A stretch of 64,000 nucleotides of DNA from Felis catus. Its lineage: Eukaryota. The DNA is taken from NCBI RefSeq assembly GCF_018350175.1, contig NC_058373.1, positions 107,634,001-107,698,000 of the forward strand. The letters run 5' to 3'. The notes below the pieces were generated by a model, which worked only from the letters and a program-made list of their open reading frames with translations, searched no databases and had not been told where the DNA came from. This document shows positions 12,839-24,580 of this stretch, in pieces; position 1 is the first letter of the stretch; every line of letters begins with the position of its first letter. Position numbers and translations under genes: made by a program.

Positions 12839-13070
12839 TTTTTAAAAAAAAAATTTTTTTTAACATTTATTTATTTTTGAGAGAGAGACAGAGCACGAGC
12901 AGGGAGTGGTAGAGGGACAGAGAGACACAGAATCCTAAAGCAGGATCCAGGCTCTGAGCTGTCAGCACAGAGCCCGACAGAGCCCCACGTGGGCTTCGAA
13001 CTCACAAACCGTGAGATCATGACCTGAGCCGAAGTCGGAAGCTTAACCGACTGAGCCTTCCAGGCACCCC
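12839..13070 (-). mobile_element. Can-SINE
   Basis: Full length; degenerate TSD AAGAGCTCTCT / AAGAACTCTCT. Confidence 0.93.
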
Positions 13071-14941
13071 AAGAACTCTCTTAATGTACATGTTGATCTC
13101 GGTTAAATCATGGGCTCCAAAAGTGTGTCTGGGGACAGGAAAAACAATGTCCTAAGTCTAGCAAGATTCCAAACCACCAACAGAAAAACCAAACCAAACA
13201 AACAGAAAACACTTCTCACCAGATTCGCTTCACCTCTGCTTGACTTGTATGAATGAGTCTGAGACTCTTTCCTACAAAAGGACCGTTTGCAGCCAGTAGG
13301 CAGCAGTTTGGGAAGTAAAGGGTGGTGATACTGAGGAGCAGAAAGAGCTAAAGACTAGGATTCAAAGGTCCAGGTTCCGAGCTGCGCTCGCCACGAACTG
13401 GCCCTGGAGAGTCAGGCAGTCTTGCAGACTGTGGGGAGAGCCCCCCCCGCCCCCGCCTCCGTCAAGAACAGAAGAAGGTGGGTACCTGACAAAACTGGAC
13501 ATAAACTGAGCAGGGTTATAATGAGCGGCATCTCACAGAAACTTAAAGAAGCCAGAGTGAAGGATGAAGCTTCTCACACTTGAGTGACCCTGGCCGAGGG
13601 AGGCTGGGCTTGGAGGATCTGGGGGAAGGATTGAACTATTGCCCGGCTGCCCTCCCGCTGAGAGTGAGGGCACTTCTGCCTCACTAGTGCTCTGTGTTCT
13701 CTAAACCCAGGTCAGAACTCACTGACGCCCCCTCCCGGAAACCCCCTGGCCATCTGGCTGCTCCCTTGACCCTACCTTCTGGCCCACACTCAGGACCCCC
13801 TCCTCCCAACTGACCTCCAGTGACCACTGCACACCAATCTATCCAGACAGGCAGCCTTGCAGCAAAGTCTTTATTAGAGACAGGATCAAAACATCACAAG
13901 GGGAGAGAGAGGAGAGGCGGGAGGGGATGGGGAGAGAAGAGGAAATATGGGAGGAGATAGACAGCAGCTCAAAGGCCTTGACTGAAGGTGGACTGAGGCC
14001 CAAGAGGGAGGAGACAGTGTGAGGAAGCAATGCTAACCGAGAGCCCAGCCACCAGCACTTCCTTTCCTGATTGTCCCGAGACAACCAGGTGTGGCCCCAC
14101 CACTCCCCCCCAGCATCTCCCTTCTTCATTGCTGTCCTCTATGCGACTCAGTTGGTTCTCAAAGTTCTGCCCACTCCCCACCAGACCTGGAGGGGGCTCA
14201 GCTCAGTTCTCCCTCCTGCTCCTGTAAATTCTCAAGAGGCTTCTCTTTGTTGGAGCAGTCTCAGCTCCTCATTCTGATCCTCCTTCTGTCCATCTGGCCC
14301 TGGCCACCCGCAGCGTCCCCAGGTCACCCACCATGGCCGATCAAAGCTTTGGTGGCCACAGAGAGTATGGTTTGGGCCTAGGGCTCTGCATGTGTGGATG
14401 GGTGTGCACATATGTGTGTGCCCATATGCGCACAAGTGTACATAGTGGAAGTGGGAAGGCTATACTTAAAGCTGAGACAAAAAGGATTTGGGTTTCATAG
14501 ATCAGAGGCTAGGAGGGCTCTCTTAACTAGGTGGCAAGCCAAAGGTAGGAGGTAAGCCACACCCAGTAGAATCTGTGAATGAGTAAATTCCTGTAATTGA
14601 CCCCTGTATGTGTTGTGTGGCCTGCAATTCATTACCTGGAAATGAAATAAATGAATTGTTGTTGTTGTTATCGCTTTTGCTTGAAACAGGAGACAAAGTT
14701 GTATGATGTGCCGATGGGCCAGGTCAGTGGGGGTGGTTACCAGAGACATGTGGGATGAGCCTCTCGAGCTTTCCGTGTCTCTGGCTAAAGAGGAGAGAAC
14801 TTCCATCCTGGCTGGCAGCTAGATGACTGATGAGGAGCAGAGACAATGTGTAGGATGGAGATGCCCTGGCTGTTGGGATATTGCCTTACCAGGGTCCAGC
14901 CAAAGCCCATTATTAACAAGAATGTCTTCCTTTATCATTTT

Positions 14942-15019
14942 ATTATTATTATTTTCTAAAGTTTATTTATTTATTTATCTTGAGAGAGACAGATACAGCA
15001 TGAGTAGGTGAGGAGCAGA

Positions 15020-15082
<63 letters not shown>

Positions 15083-15209
15083 TGAATCCCAAGCAGGCTC
15101 CATGCTGCCAGCACAGAGCCTGATGCTGGGTGTGGGGCTTGAACCAACGAAACCACAAGATCATGACCTAAGCCAAAACCAAGAGTCGAAAGCTCAACCC
15201 AGGAGACCC
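14942..15209 (-). mobile_element. Can-SINE with expanded (GA)n
   Basis: SINE body with a long GA tract; TSD-like TTATCATTTTA on both sides. Confidence 0.9.
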
Positions 15210-15240
15210 TCCCTTATCATTTTAAAAAGAAATTACTTTA

Positions 15241-15462
15241 GGGGTGCCTGGGTAGCTCAGCTGGTTAAGCATCCAACTTTGGCTCAGGTCACGGTCTCGC
15301 AGTTTGGGAGTTCGAAGGCCGCATGAGGCTGTGAGCTTGTCAGCACAGGGTCTGCCTCCGATCCTGTGTCTCCTTCACTCTCTACCCCTCCCTGACTCGT
15401 GCTCTGTGTGTGTCCCTCTCTCTCAAAAAATGAATAAACATTAAAAAATAAAAAATAAAAAA
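15241..15462 (+). mobile_element. Can-SINE
   Basis: GGGGTGCCTGGGTAGCTCAG head, A-rich tail, TSD-like AAAAAGAAATTA. Confidence 0.93.
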
Positions 15463-16961
15463 AAAGAAATTATTAGAGACATGACATTAGAATAACACAA
15501 AGCCAAAGCAAAAACGGCTCATAATTCCATCCTGAAGTCAACTCAATGGAAAATATGCAGGCTATCTGTCAAATACAAAATTCTGTCCATGGTGTTACTA
15601 AGAACCCCAGGCACACACACGGACATGGCAGATGACCTGAACTGATCAATGCAGGTTTTCTTAGGCTCAGGCCCAACCATTCTACCCTCCACCAAGTTTT
15701 CAGTGACTTTTCAAGGTGATTTGGCTTAGAAACCATGGAGGAAGGAGACGCAAAGCTCAGCCAAATCCCACCTATTCTCGTTCTTGTCCTCCCTTGTACC
15801 AGTCTATCCCTTTGACACATTTTCAGGTCTCAGTGGGAGGTAGATCTCTTGTCACGTGGTGACATGGCCCCTTGATGTCGATGGCAGGGAATGAATGAGT
15901 CTATGCATTCGCCCCTGAACAAATGGTGCTTCATCTGCGGTTGTTTGTACATGTGTATGCTTCTGCATTTCAGTGATTTCTTCCTTCCCTAACCAACCTG
16001 CTAAATGCAACATTTACAACCAGCCTCGCATGCCTTATTGCCAGGCTGGGGCCTGCTCATGTCAAATGAAGGCTGCCAGCTTCCCCTGCCAGAAGCAAGA
16101 GGCACTGGGAAAAATGGAAATTGGACAATAGTCTTGTATATTCCCTGCCCTGTCATGGATGGCCTTCAGCAGGAAACCAATCAACGGAATCAAAAGAACA
16201 CGGTTTCCTGTTAACATAGAGCGATGCCAGACATTATTGCTTCATGCCCTGTGCCAGTCATTGTCAAACATAGCATAAGTAATAGCATATGACTGGGTTG
16301 TGGTTTTAGTGAAATATTCTTTTGCTTTTGGCACGGCACCACACACCTTCATATGCTTTATTGCCCTTTCCCAAACGCAGGGAGGGTTTTTTTTTCTTTT
16401 CTTTTCTTTTTAGATTTCTTTTCCCCCAAAGAACCGTATCTGGCTGTTTTGCTGCATACCAGGTCTTAAACCCAAGCCAGCTGACTCCCAATTCTCTCCA
16501 GCCTTTTCTTAAGCAACACTTTTTTAAAATATATTATTATTATTAGTATTGCATCACATAGGGCTAAAATAAACCCAGCGCGTATTGGCCTTCAACAATC
16601 TTGCTTTTCCTCTGAAAACGGCCAGTTCCCTAAGACTGGCTTTAAGAGAGAAAAACCTCTCACATAATATTTTTCTTACTTTCCAGGCTGATGTTGAAGG
16701 TGATGATAGGTCATAAGCCGCAGCCTCTGCAAGGATGTTACAACCCCTGGAGCGGGCGGGAAGTACATGTGTGTTTGGAATGCAACAAAAGGGAAAAGTT
16801 ACTAGTATGTTTTGGACAGGACCCTGCATTTTTAACCCTTTCTTCAAGCCTCGGGAAAACTTAATGGCACTAGCTACTCAGGCGTTCTCTCCTAAAAGGA
16901 CGTGGTGAAGGGGGGCATGTGAGTAGTCATCTGGATTGGTTTTTCTTTTTCAGTTTTGCCC

Positions 16962-17222
16962 TGTAGTTAAGAGCTTTGGTACCAGGCAGAGCTGGTGCAA
17001 ACCCTAACTCTATCTCTTACTAGATGTGTAACTCTGGGAAAGGTGACAAACTTTCTGGTCCTCACGTTCCTCTGCCGAGAAGCAGAGAAAACACTCACCT
17101 TCCAGGGTTGTCATCAAGAATGTGAGTCAAATGCTGGCACTTTGCTTTCTGCTCTGTCACGTCAGCCTTTGACAGACAGGGTATGTCATAAGCGCTCGAT
17201 CAATCACATGGCTATTATTACT
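16962..17222 (+). mobile_element. MIR
   Basis: GTAGTTAAGAGCTTTGG...CTTACTAGATGTGTAACTCTGGG...AAGCGCTCGATCAATCACATGGCTATTATT. Confidence 0.75.
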
Positions 17223-17334
17223 AAAGCACTTTGGAAAGCACTGGATCCCTGCTCCAAATGCTTTTGGGAGTGGCAGTCAGGGATTGTGGGGTCAGGGTCG
17301 TGGAAGATATAGGGTCACAGGCAGAGTGGCTTCT

Positions 17335-17520
17335 CCCGGATGTTTGCATGCACTACCTCACTGAATTGTCATGAGAATTCTGGGAGAGAGAAATTAGGCA
17401 GTCATTATCATTCCCATTTCACAGATAAAGAAATGGAGGCCCTTGCACACTGCTAGAATTGGCAGAGTCATGACTGGACCCCAGGGCTCTAGAATCCTTG
17501 CTAATTCATCTATACACCAC
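17335..17520 (-). mobile_element. MIR
   Basis: ATTATCATTCCCATTTCACAGATAAAGAAATGGAGGC core. Confidence 0.7.
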
Positions 17521-17910
17521 GTTTCTGCTTAGAGCTGGATTAATTGTTCTTGGCCTGTCCTAAGCTCCCTGAGGCTCTGTCTCTCCCTGTCCTTTCCAGG
17601 AAAGGCACAGCTCCTTGCCTTCACACACACACACACACACTGCACACTTCTGGGCCTGTGCTGCCTCCTGTGGTCTCCTTAAGAGCTCTGGTGCTCAGAC
17701 AGGGATAGGACGTAAACCATTAAGTGATTCGCCTGGCTTGTATCACGTTTTCTTCCCTGCAGGCTCACCGCTGCCATCTTTCTCTTTCTCCAGAAGGTTT
17801 TTCCAAAATGCAGATTTATTACCTGAAGGCTCTTTGTAGCTCAACTAGTGTATTGCTTGCAAACAGGAAGAGGTAACCATCCATAAGAGGATGAGGTACT
17901 TAACTTGGGG

Positions 17911-18340
17911 TGGATCTTAGTTTGGGTTCCCAGGGAAACAACGTTCTGAGATGGAAATTGGCTTGAAGAAGTTTACTGCAGAAGGTCCTCAGGATCAACA
18001 CCTCAGGGCTGAAGGGGATGGGGGTGGTGAGGGGGTGGTGGAAGCAGGACTGGGCGGAGGAAGCATGAAACAGTAGTGAGCAGTGTGGTTGCCACTGAGA
18101 TTTAGCTAATCCTCTAGGAAGCTCTGGGGCTAGGACAGCGCTTCATAGTTGCCCTGTCTGGAGGGAAGGTAGGGGCTGGGTCTTTGTACGCTGTATTGAC
18201 CTATCTTTGGGTGACTTTTGGGTATAGTCTTAAGGTAGTTTCTGGAAAGGGATTTGGCTGAAAGCCTTCAGTGCTTTACGCTTGGCCTCTGGGTGGATGC
18301 TCAGCCCCTAGAGGGCAGCTAGGTGGATTTCAGTAGTAAT
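17911..18340 (-). mobile_element. MaLR solo LTR (MLT1H-like)
   Basis: TCTTAGTTTGGGTTCCC...CTGAGATGGAAATT...GGATCAACACC...GAAGCAGGACTGGGC resembles a recalled MLT1 consensus. Confidence 0.65.
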
Positions 18341-18590
18341 GACTCTAGGGAGGAAGGCAAGGCTGAGACCCTGGAGCATTAGGTTAGCTGGGAGCAAGAT
18401 GCCTGGGGCTTTTGAGACTTTGCTGAAAAGACTTTAGGTGTAAAGTACTAGGAAAGGGAGGGCCATTCTTTTTGACCTGCAGCCGCAGCAGAAAAAGCCT
18501 CAGATGGCTGGAAAAGGGGTAGAGACGTTCTGCTGTGCCCACTCACCCTCTCATTAGAACTTGGGCACCGCATCAAATAAGATGCCGGAC

Positions 18591-18745
18591 CAGTATTTCT
18601 CAAAGTGTGCTCTGTGAATCAGATACCTCCGAATTACCCTAGGGAGGGGGCTTTAAAAATGTAAATTCCTGTGCCCCAAATAGGGTAAAAAAGAATCTCT
18701 GGGGATGGACCAGGAATCTGTTTTATCAACATCCTCTCCCCTCAC
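18591..18745. mobile_element. hAT-Charlie fossil (MER5-like)
   Basis: CAGTATTTCTCAAAGTGTG start; AAAATGTAAATTCCTGTGCCCC...AGAATCTCTGGGG...CAGGAATCTG. Confidence 0.7.
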
Positions 18746-18829
18746 TATTTGACTTGTTTATCAATATCTCGGCCACCGCTGTCTCTACAACTGGCAAAAT
18801 CTATGGGGCCAGGAACAAGTATTTTTCTT

Positions 18830-19057
18830 TTTTTTTTTTTTTTTTAATTTTTTTTTCAACGTTTTTATTTATTTTTGGGACAGAGAGAGAGCATGAACAG
18901 GGGAGGGGCAGAGAGAGAGGGAGACACAGAATCGGAAACAGGCTCCAGGCTCTGAGCCATCAGCCCAGAGCCTGACGCGGGGCTCGAACTCACAGACCGC
19001 GAGATCGTGACCTGGCTGAAGTCGGACGCTTAACCGACTGCGCCACCCAGGCGCCCC
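18830..19057 (-). mobile_element. Can-SINE, young SINEC_Fc-like
   Basis: Perfect 16-bp TSD AACAAGTATTTTTCTT at 18814-18829 and 19058-19073. Confidence 0.95.
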
Positions 19058-19119
19058 AACAAGTATTTTTCTTAATAATTATATCTGCACAGTTATGTTG
19101 CAGACTTTTCAGATGACTG

Positions 19120-19670
19120 CTGTGGTAGGCTTCAATTGCAGTGGCTGTATCATCCCAACCGATTGCCCTAGTAACCATGGCTGTTCTACTTACCCTTCTT
19201 CGGAGAGGCCAAACTCTCCTCCCCTCTCCCCCTTCTTGAACCCAGACATGGGGCCCAAACTGGAGCAGGCTTCTGCTTATAGGACTTCACGTCTCTGGCC
19301 ACAATCATGAGTTGAAGATGGCCAGCTGACCTAACCTGGCCCAGTCGTTGTGACTGATGCAGAGTTGTGCCAGTGACTCGAGCTAAGCCAACTGGAGTCC
19401 TTCCCCCAGTCCCAGGATTTTTATTTCTCAACTAAAGCTGCTGTAGGGAAAGAGGAAGAGCCCTTCTCCCGTGCTTCTGAGGCCACGAGTGTGACTTTAA
19501 CGCTTCCTGTAGGCGCAGCCAGAGGCATGGAGAAGGTGGGTTTCGGAGAATAAAGCAGACACAGCTAAGAGAAGCAGAGATGAGAGATGGTGTATCCGGA
19601 TGGTGTTTAAGACCTTTGTTCAAGTTACCTCTGGTCTTGTATGGTTTGGTAATGTGAACCAATAACGAGC
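19120..19670. mobile_element. Possible ancient ERVL LTR (LTR16/LTR33-like)
   Basis: Starts TGTGGTAGGC and loosely resembles recalled ERVL LTRs; no TSD found. Confidence 0.3.
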
Positions 19671-20322
19671 ATGTTAGTAATGGGTTTCCTGGTTCTCAGA
19701 AGATGATATTAAGCCTGGGATGCTCGTGCATTAGGATGTGATCACGTATAACTGTGGGTTTATCAGACACACCTGCTTTCTAGGAGGGGCGTGAAGAGGG
19801 ATGTTGATGGTAAATAACAGTGGAAAGGTTTCCATTCTCCTCCCCAGTGTGTGTGCAGTAACAACAAATCACCGCATGTGTGATGCGTTTGTATTCCAGT
19901 CTCTCGTTTAACTTTAAACAAAACAAAACTAAAACCCTTTCAATACAGTGTCCCAAGAAACTATCAACAATAGATGAAAATTAGCCTTTGTTATAAAATC
20001 TTCTTTTCGTTGGATCGTTGCCTTTGAGTCTCTTTCGGAGGAGGTCTTTGCATGTTGGTTTCTTCATGAAGCTAAAAGTTTTACATGTTGTGTCTCTGCA
20101 CCCAGATGTATTAGCAGAAAATCTTTGACGTTCCCCATCTGAGAGAGAAGGTCCTTGGCTGCCATGTTATTTTGGCTTCTTCCAATCACCAACCCCAGTG
20201 CCAAGGCACATTTCTCGAAACAGTTACTCTCCTTGAGATTCAGTTTCTCTTTGGTATGTCAGGGCCTTAGCTTAAGGATGAGAAGGATTTTTGAAAAATC
20301 AAAAAGTTAAGTACTATAGTAC

Positions 20323-20642
20323 TGTGGAGGAAAGCTGGTAAATGCAAATAAAAAGGGGCAGCCAGATGTCCGAGGCTGGATACTCCCCTTCTGTGCTTTT
20401 GGCTTCTGCAATCTTGCTTGCCTCTTGCATCAGCCAGCAGCTAGGAACCAGAAGCTTCACTATACTAGTTCTGCCCAACCCAGAAGCACATATGTATAAA
20501 AGATCAGTAAAACTTGAGCTGGGCGCTCCGCCTTTGGAGGTGACTCCGTTGGGCCGGCACAGGTGTGAAATAAACAGTCTTCTCTGATTCCCTGAGTGCT
20601 TGTCACTTAGCTCTTCCTGGGTGCCGAGTATTTGCTGTAACA
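20323..20642 (+). mobile_element. ERV solo LTR (probably class I), 320 bp
   Basis: TGT...ACA termini, 4-bp TSD GTAC/GTAT, TATA-like TGTATAAAA at ~20493, AATAAA at ~20569. Confidence 0.8.
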
Positions 20643-22929
20643 GTATAATTGGTTTGGATTGAGAGGAAGAGAGCAAGTAACTCTTTTGGATATGCAAGTT
20701 TACCCCCAACAAAATTATGCTTCCTTTTTTGGGGTGATGGTAGCAGTGATGGTGGTGATGGTGATGAGCACACAGGAGAGGGTGGTCTTTCTCATGACTT
20801 TCTTCCATACCCAAGGCATTATCAGCACGGTTTCTATTGCTTCTCAATATAACGGTCCCCTGCCAAATAAGCATTTAAACTATGAGGGACAGTTAGACAA
20901 AAGCCATACAGAGACTCAATGTTTACCTGCCCTTTGAGCTAAGTAAAAATCATCCATAGGTTGTCCATCCTTCTTCCTTGTTTTTAAGGAGAACATTTAA
21001 GAGCTCTTTTCCTCCTCCTCCACCCCCGCCCCCCTTCCTCCTCCTCTTTCTTCTTCCCTGTCTCCAAATTAATCTGAGCAGGGAGTCCTGAAGCAAATGA
21101 TCATGTTACAAGTCTAAATGTGATAGCCTGTCATCTTTCATTATTTTTGACATAAACAAAGCTGTCAGAATTCTTGGAGACCTAGACCTGCCTCTGGTTC
21201 AGGGTGTTCTCTTTGAGGCCGGGAGATCCGTGAGGATTAGAAAAAGGAGGCTTGCTCCAAGATAATGAAAAGAATGTAATGGAAGAATGGAAATGATCGC
21301 CAGTTCCAAACTTGTGTGCGCTTTTAGACCATTGCATTTTGAAGGGGGGCGGGGTATTGATTAAGGCTGTAAACTGTTTACATAATTGCAGCTTATTTTT
21401 ATAAAATAGAGGTCCACAAGCACTTCATTAACCGGATTTCTTTCTTTCTCTATCCCCCTGCAATTTCCTTTAGATTTGATATGCAATTAAAGAATAATTG
21501 CGTGGCTTGTTTCCTGGAGATTGGTGCCTTCCGTGGACTGAATCGTTGAAGACTGGGAGGGTAGGTCTTAATATGTAAGAACAATACCTAACTATTGGAG
21601 TTGCCTATTCAGGATTCGGAGCTAATGTGCCATCACTCCAGGCACACACGCACAGAATGTTTTGGAAAAGTTTCTTATTCTTCACATACTTTGAATATGT
21701 ATCTCTCTGCCAGTGATCCCAGGATGAGTTGAGTGTAAATGAATCCAAGTATCTCTCTATTCATTAGAAGCTCACTGTCTTCTTCTGGCCCCACATTCAG
21801 AGCAACAGCAGGGACTTATTTGGTTCAGAGTGGGTAGTGCTGGGGCCACCGTCTTGGTTTGGGGGCATTTCAGAACTTTAATATTTTGGTAACCCATGCT
21901 CTATAAATCATTGAATTACATCAAGTCTATTTAAAACCCCTCTGGGCAGCTGTTTAAAATGCTGTCACTGCAGTAAGCAATGTCCTCAGAGTCACATGGC
22001 AGGTTGGGGCCCAGAAGGGGATGGGTTTTGTTTGTGTTTCTTTAACTCCAGTGGGGTTTACCCTCTGACTCTCCACTTCTGTGAACAGTCCCTCCACTTC
22101 CAGTTATTTCAAAGTCAGGATATGAAGGCCACTTAGTCCTTCAGGATTAAGCCTTCCCATCAGATCAAATTCTTTTTCCTTAACATTCCTCTCTTCAAGC
22201 CGTTTAGTGAAAGTACCACAAATTGTTAACTTCAGATTAATATGTTTAATAAGTCAAATCTGGACTATTTCAGGAAGGCAGCAGGCAGAGGATTGCAGCT
22301 CAGCGGCCCTGTGGCTTTTCCTAGGTCATTGCTGGTGGCTGAGACCACCTGTGTAGCACCTGTGGGCAACTCAGGCCTAATTACCCCAGGGAGCCCCTGC
22401 TTTGCCAGTCTTGCTCTCTGGCCTCCAGAATTGCTCTGGGGTCTGACAGTGTAGGAGGTATCAGGAGGCCAGATCCTGGGGAGGGGGAGCGGGGGGTAGA
22501 AATGTGGAGTGAGGTCCCGGGCTTCCCCTTCAGAATGCCTCATGCTTATAGCTATAATGTCTGCCTCTGCCCCGGCTCCAAGCTCCTGGAGGAGGATGCT
22601 GCATCTGTCTTCCTCACTATCACACCCAGGCCTGGATTAAGCATGTGCTTGAATGCATGCACACACAAGAGAGAAAAGTTTAGCTGCAGTGGACTTACTC
22701 AGAACTTTTCAATCAGAAAAACAAGTTAAACATCGAATGTTTGTTTCAGCAGACTTATGCTGAAACCTTAAAGAAATCAAATTCCACAAAGTGGGGAGGG
22801 GGGGGGCGTGGAGGTCAGAGGACACAGTTCTGTTTTCAGGGGCTTGACTCTCCAATGGTTTTGTCCTTACCTGGCACATGGTAGGTGTTTAATAAATTCG
22901 TTGAATCTGTTCACGAATCCAAGTTCAAA

Positions 22930-23100
22930 GCGCAGCTTTGGAGTTGAGACGTGGGTTTGAATCTCAGCATCCCACTGACTAGCTGTGTGACCCCAGGCAG
23001 GTTTACTTAATCCTTTGGAGCTTCAGGTTAAATTGGGAAGATTAAGAGAAAGCATACAATATATTGTATATGTGACTTATATTAATGAGATAATGAATAG
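22930..23100 (+). mobile_element. MIR
   Basis: TGGGTTTGAATCTCAGC...CTAGCTGTGTGACCCCAGGCAGGTTTACTTAA. Confidence 0.75.
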
Positions 23101-23244
23101 CATATATCATGTATATTCTCCCCATCGCATCTGACCCAGAGGGGGACCTGTCAGAGGGACCAGAGCTGGTTTTGCCTCTGTGCTTAGCCGCTGAAGAAGG
23201 AGTGCAAGGCTCTCCTGGGGAGGGAGCTGAGGCAGGTCAGCTTG

Positions 23245-23790
23245 TCTGCGGGCCGGGGTAGGCTGGGCAGCCCACGGCTGGGAGGAGGGTGCGGGCTTTG
23301 GTTTCTGCCCACTGTCCCCAGGAAAAGGAAGTAGGCAGGGCCGCAGCTCCGGATCCTGGCCCCCGGGGAACAGGCCCTGCGGCAGCCTGCGTCTGGACCG
23401 CCAGCAGCAAGGCTCGTCGGCTTGGCCGAGGAGCGAGTCCTGGATCAGCTCCGGGCGCATCCAAATCCGGGTCCCGCTGCGTCTGGGAATCTTCCCCGGG
23501 GTCACGAGGGCTGCCGAGGCAACCCCCTCACCCCAGCGTTTGTGTCGTTTGAACAGAAAACAAAATAAAACAAAACAAAACACCCAACCGTTCACAAAGA
23601 AAACAACAGTAACCGAGGGAAATGTGACTCAAAAGGTGAGCTGCTTATTCTGAGCAAAACCAAGCGTGGGGCGTCGACTCAGGGCTTCCCCGCAGCCCCA
23701 GCACGGCCTCCGAAAAGCCCCAGTTCCCCGCGGAAGGGGAGGCGACTGGTGTTTGGGAATCCCAGCGGGTGTCCCCAACCAGCCCGTCTT
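23245..23790. promoter_or_regulatory. CpG-island-like promoter/enhancer candidate
   Basis: I count 37 CpGs in ~545 bp of non-repeat GC-rich DNA; AP-1 site TGACTCA 23625-23631, ETS-like AGGAAGT, several near-consensus kB-like sites. Confidence 0.65.
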
Positions 23791-24064
23791 CTGGCCCTGA
23801 CCTTGCTGAGAGTCTCACTAGGTCATTGTTTCTTTAAAAAACTGAGTAACGGCCAAGCCCTTAATTTGCTTTTTGCAAAATTCTCAAATTTATGGAAAAG
23901 GCGAAGGGAAGAATGAGTTGTGGTCCTCTAGAAGATATTCCTGTTCACGGGGTTGTCCCAAGTGGATTCCAGTGGATTCCAGATGCTTTCTTGATAAAGA
24001 CAGACTGCACTGAAATGTTACCTCTCTGGAGTGAGGATTTTATTTCCTGCGGTGAGGGGCCACA

Positions 24065-24203
24065 TTCATCCATCTATCCATCCTCCCTCCCTCCCTTCCT
24101 CCCTCCCTTCTTCCCTTCCTTCCTTCTTCCCTTCCTCCCTCCTTTCCTTTCTCCTTCCTCCCTTCCTTCCTCCCTCCCTTCCTTCCTTCCTTCCTTCCTT
24201 CTT
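24065..24203. repeat. Polypyrimidine low-complexity tract, (CCTT/CCCT)n
   Basis: More than 120 bp of almost pure C/T. Confidence 0.95.
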
Positions 24204-24355
24204 GCTTGAGCGTTTATTTTTTTTTCTTTCTGATAATGACTATGCTTTTTAAATCTACTTGCTTTTTTCAAATAGCAAAATTTGGCCTGACCATTTTCTT
24301 TTTCTCTGCCCCCCCCCCAGCTAAAATTTGAAGTAAGTGTTTAAAATTAATTTCT

Positions 24356-24580
24356 TTTTGTTTTAATTTTTTTTAACGTTTTTTATTTATTTTTGAGACA
24401 GAGAGAGACAGAGCATGAACGGGGGAGGGCCAGAGAGAGAAGGAGACACAGAATCAGAAGCAGGCACCAGGCTCTGAACCATCAGCCCAGAGCCCGACGC
24501 GGGGCTCGAACTCACGGACCGTGAGATCGTGACCTGAGCTGAAGTCGGACGTTTAACCGACTGCGCCACCCAGGCGCCCC
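24356..24580 (-). mobile_element. Can-SINE, young SINEC_Fc-like
   Basis: 26-bp TSD with one mismatch at 24330-24355 and 24583-24608. Confidence 0.95.

Noticed and set aside
20314..20874. 186-aa ORF with a His run
   Set aside because: It runs antisense through the solo LTR and a (GGT/GAT)n low-complexity tract; a chance ORF.
23107..23595. 162-aa ORF over the CpG island
   Set aside because: GC-rich DNA is stop-poor; overlapping ORFs occur on both strands with no recognisable homology.
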